A stretch of 32,529 bases of DNA from Klebsormidium nitens (Eukaryota; Plantae; Klebsormidiophyceae). Shown here piece after piece: positions 29,401 to 32,529 of the stretch (positions are counted from its first letter, which is position 1; each line of letters starts with the position of its first letter). Where the stretch lies: the NCBI GenBank assembly GCA_000708835.1, contig DF237740.1:1-32529 (forward strand), in the 5' to 3' direction. A program made the position numbers and the translations under genes. The notes under the pieces were generated by a model. The model was given only the letters and a program-made list of their open reading frames with translations, had not been told where the DNA came from and did no database searches.

Positions 29401-32192
29401 ATCAGCTGGTCTACTCCGGGGATGCTCGCGAGCTTCTGGCCCTTGATGCGGCGGCCCCCCCATCCCGCGGTGGTTTTCTTCTTGGGCTCGGTCGACGGCT
29501 CCTCCTTGAAGCGGGATGCGATCTGGCGCTTACGCTGGCCCGTGCCTGAAAGGGAATAATCCTTTTCGATTCAGTGAATACAAGCCCATGGAATAATACG
29601 CGCTTGTATGAGCAGCCGCACCCACTTCAGGCCTCTGACTAGCGCCACCCATCCCAGTACTTTCTTCTTGATGACAAATGGACCTTTTACTACACCGATC
29701 AGAATGGGAAAATGGATGCAACCCGTCGAGGATTCCCAGAACTTTCTTTCTTCATGTTCAGTGTGCATTTCACTGCACCAATCCGAGTGAAGAAACGGAT
29801 GCAACCCCGTGTGTTGCTCTACAAATCAATCTCGGCGGTTCTGCTTTGATAGCAGGAAATTGGTGCCCGAAAGAATCAGATTGGGCTAGTCCGTTAAGAA
29901 AACACTCTGGTGGAGACAACTGCGACAAAAGCCTTGAGTTTGCCAACTCAGCAACTGTCCCGCTTAAACGATCATAATGAACTAGAAAGGATGAACAACC
30001 GACAACTACGCAAGGAGAATTTCGTAGCTGACTAACGTCCAGAAGATGGCCAAAGAGTTCGATTCAGACGATCCAAAGATCACACCTGCGCACGCAAACA
30101 GAGAAAAGGGCAGCTCACCGAGGGCGCCCCGCGCCGCGTCGATCACCTTCCGAGACGCCTCCTGCATGCTCTTGGCCGTCTTGTAGAAGATGGTATCGGG
30201 GGAGTTGTACTTTTGGGCGTTGTCAAACATCTGCAAGGGGGTAAAAGCGCGCTCTGTCTAAATGTCTGAGCACTCAGGAGCGTCCCAAAAAGTTCTATCT
30301 TCTGCCAAGCGACCGCAACCGGGGGGTGACAGAATCGCCAGTCGAGAGGCTCAAATCTGCTTGAAGGTAGTGACAATGAGCAACCCGAGTCTATGTTGAG
30401 AATGCGCAGCTAGTTAAAAGGCTGGAAGCACGATAACAAACAAATGAAGGAACTGATGGAAAATCGTAGTTGGAAAACGATCGTAGCTTCGTGCCAGCTT
30501 TGTCTTGTTCACAGGCACATAAATGGTGCTCTAGAGCAACAAGTGCAATGACAAGACCGGAGTTCGCCAGCTTGAGCACATCGAAGCCCAGAATTTCAAG
30601 CCGTCCAACTCTTACTGAAGTCCGGCGCACAACGATCAGGTAGTAAGATCGGTGGAAAAGCAGTGGCCAGACCTGCCGCCAAGAGACCGTCACAGATTGC
30701 GGCTTTGACCGACACGAAACCACATAACTACCACAAAATCGAAAAAAGGAAAAACAGGAAAAGAAAGGAAAGCTGGTGAACGAAACAAACACTTGGCAAA
30801 ACCCACCAGCTCGACGTGCGCCTGGAAATCATCCCACGTGAGGTACAGCCCCTTCTTGAGCCGCTTCTTCATCGTCGAGAAGTCCATCGGGTCCTTGATG
30901 ACGTCATAGTAGTCGAGCACGACGTCAGCATCCACCGGCTCCGCAAAGATCTGGTACGTGTCCTTCTTCTGCAGCCGCGCGATGATGTCGTCCATCGCCG
31001 CCGCCGAGGGGGGGGCCTCCTCCTGCTCAGAGTCTTGCCTGGAAGGGGGGGGGGGAGGTGGAGAAACACGGGTCACGCTTAGAAAACTCCGAATTAGTCT
31101 GGTTCAGAAGCTGGTCAAGCGAGTGGTTCAGAAATTGGCCAAGCTGATCGTTCAGAAGTTGGTCAAGCAGATAGTTTCGTATCAGAGTGTTGACAGCAGC
31201 CCTACTGCCACGTCCACTACCCTTTTGGGGCACCGCTCAGAGGACTCACATGCGCTCAGATCCCCAGCGGGCGCTTGCTTTACTATCAGCAACGCGCAGA
31301 TGATATTACCACCAGACCTCACATTTTCCATCCATGACAAGCGATTTAAATCCACCGCCAGATTTATATCTGTCGGTACCATGACTTGCAGAATCATCAT
31401 CTCAGAGGCAACCGTTTCACATGCCCATGCGTGCGGCAGAAGATGAGCGGAACACACTGCCACATGCGCCCGTGTTCTCTAAAGCTGCGCCACCTACCCT
31501 TGCTTCTCCTCGCTCAATCTGCTCCCGTCCACCTTCAAGCGCCCCTCCGCCGCCAGTCCCACCTTCATCTTCCGGCCGGCTGTCTCCAGCTTCCCCGTCA
31601 AACCCACCGACTTCATCTTGTTTGCCGAAGCTTTCAGTGGTGCAGCCTTCTCCCCCTGTCCAGCGCCATCCCCGCTTGCATTCAAACTCTTCATTTTTGC
31701 GTCCGTCTTCTTTGCACTCCCGTCCAGACTTTGTCCTGCTTTTCCGCTTGCATCCTGCTTCTGTCCATTCCCGTCCGTTCTGACTCCGCCGCTAGTTCCC
31801 CCCTCTCCGTGCTTGGCTCCAAACTGATCGCCCGCCCCATTGCTGCCAGGCTTAGCGTCCCCCCCGCCTGTCTTCTCCCGCTTCTCCTTACTCCGCTTTT
31901 TCTTCTTGGGGGGCCCCTCTCCGGTGTGATCTCCATCCCTCGACCTCTTCTTATCTTTCTTGCTGCGTTCCCCATCCTTGTGACTCCTCTCCCCATCCTT
32001 GTGACTCTTCTCTCCGTTCTTGTGACTCTTGTCTCCATGCTTCTCATCCCGCCTCTTCTTGTCCTTCTTATGTTCCCCGGACTTGTGCTTTTTGGGGGGC
32101 CGATCCGAGCCCTGCTTTGCAAGTGCTGCATCCTCCGGCCGGATCTTTTTAGGGAGACGAACCAGGATGGGGACAGCTTCGTCCCCAGCCAT
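26476..32192 (-). CDS. Plant-type bromodomain-containing protein (At1g20670-like architecture)
   Basis: Exons 32192-31498, 31038-30807, 30230-30119, 29545-29267, 28752-28593/28592, 28206-26476 or beyond; phases compatible with the fifth exon ending at 28592. Bromodomain LQKKDTYQIFAEPVDADVVLDYYDVIKDPMDFSTMKKRL..YLTWDDFQAHVEL|MFDNAQKYNSPDTIFYKTA, plus the conserved plant motif YARSLCRFAANL..VWAKV..KVQKILPPGVKFGRGWVGE. The 3' end is uncertain because of the gap. Confidence 0.87.
27376..27475 (-). repeat. Coding 30-bp tandem repeat (~3.3 copies; TSAGGQPxxA-like peptide)
   Basis: tgctgacgtggcggttcctggttggccgcc-like units start at 27376, 27406 and 27436. Confidence 0.85.
31101..31172. repeat. Intronic 24-bp tandem repeat x3 upstream of the bromodomain exon 2 acceptor
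   Basis: ggttcagaagctggtcaagcgagt / ggttcagaaattggccaagctgat / cgttcagaagttggtcaagcagat. Confidence 0.85.
31971..32033 (-). repeat. Coding 21-bp tandem repeat x3 (KSHKxGE)
   Basis: cccatccttgtgactcctctc-like units encode KSHKNGE-KSHKDGE-RSHKDGE. Confidence 0.85.
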
Positions 32193-32529
32193 CACTTTGC
32201 TTGCCACCAATGGCAATATTCAAATTCAAATCCTGGACGCCACACAGCCGCTCATTTGCAAGCTCATCTGGCAGCCACTCTTGTGATTTTCTGGAATATT
32301 TGAAATTCAGAAAATATGATGACCCGATGCGATATGTAACTAGACATGGTATACCTTCTGTTGCGAAAACCCAGTTTGTTGGCTCGCGCTCTCACTGATG
32401 CCAGCTGGCATAGGCTTGCCGGACCATCCGATGCAGTTTCTGTACAGATTTGACGGACCGATGATGCCCTCAACGTTTGAGCGACGTATTCAGTGAAAAG
32501 CTTATTCTATGAGTCGCTGCTAGTCTTTG

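Overview
Eukaryotic nuclear DNA with GT-AG introns and GC-rich exons. The gene set and intron style suggest a streptophyte green alga, possibly Klebsormidium-like (inference). I reconstructed four spliced genes by hand with phase-consistent exon chains: (1) an RWP-RK/RKD transcription factor (- strand, 8473 to 362, 9 exons, ~787 aa) whose N-terminal domain resembles RKD5; (2) an NAD(P)-binding Rossmann/SDR protein of the At1g32220 type (- strand, at least 17869 to 13272, start unresolved); (3) a nuclear-encoded plastid sigma factor most like SIG5 (+ strand, 20071-23832, 5 exons, 732 aa); (4) a plant-type bromodomain protein (- strand, 32192 to 26476, probably extending across a 20-N gap to 25314). 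The ~9.7-12.9 kb intergenic block holds MITE-like inverted-repeat elements and a perfect 57-bp palindrome. The most striking feature is recurrent splice-junction 'echoes': introns carry degenerate copies of their own acceptor plus exon start (5 extra copies in each of two unrelated genes), of exon end plus donor, and of branch-point-like segments. Whether this is previously described could not be checked here.
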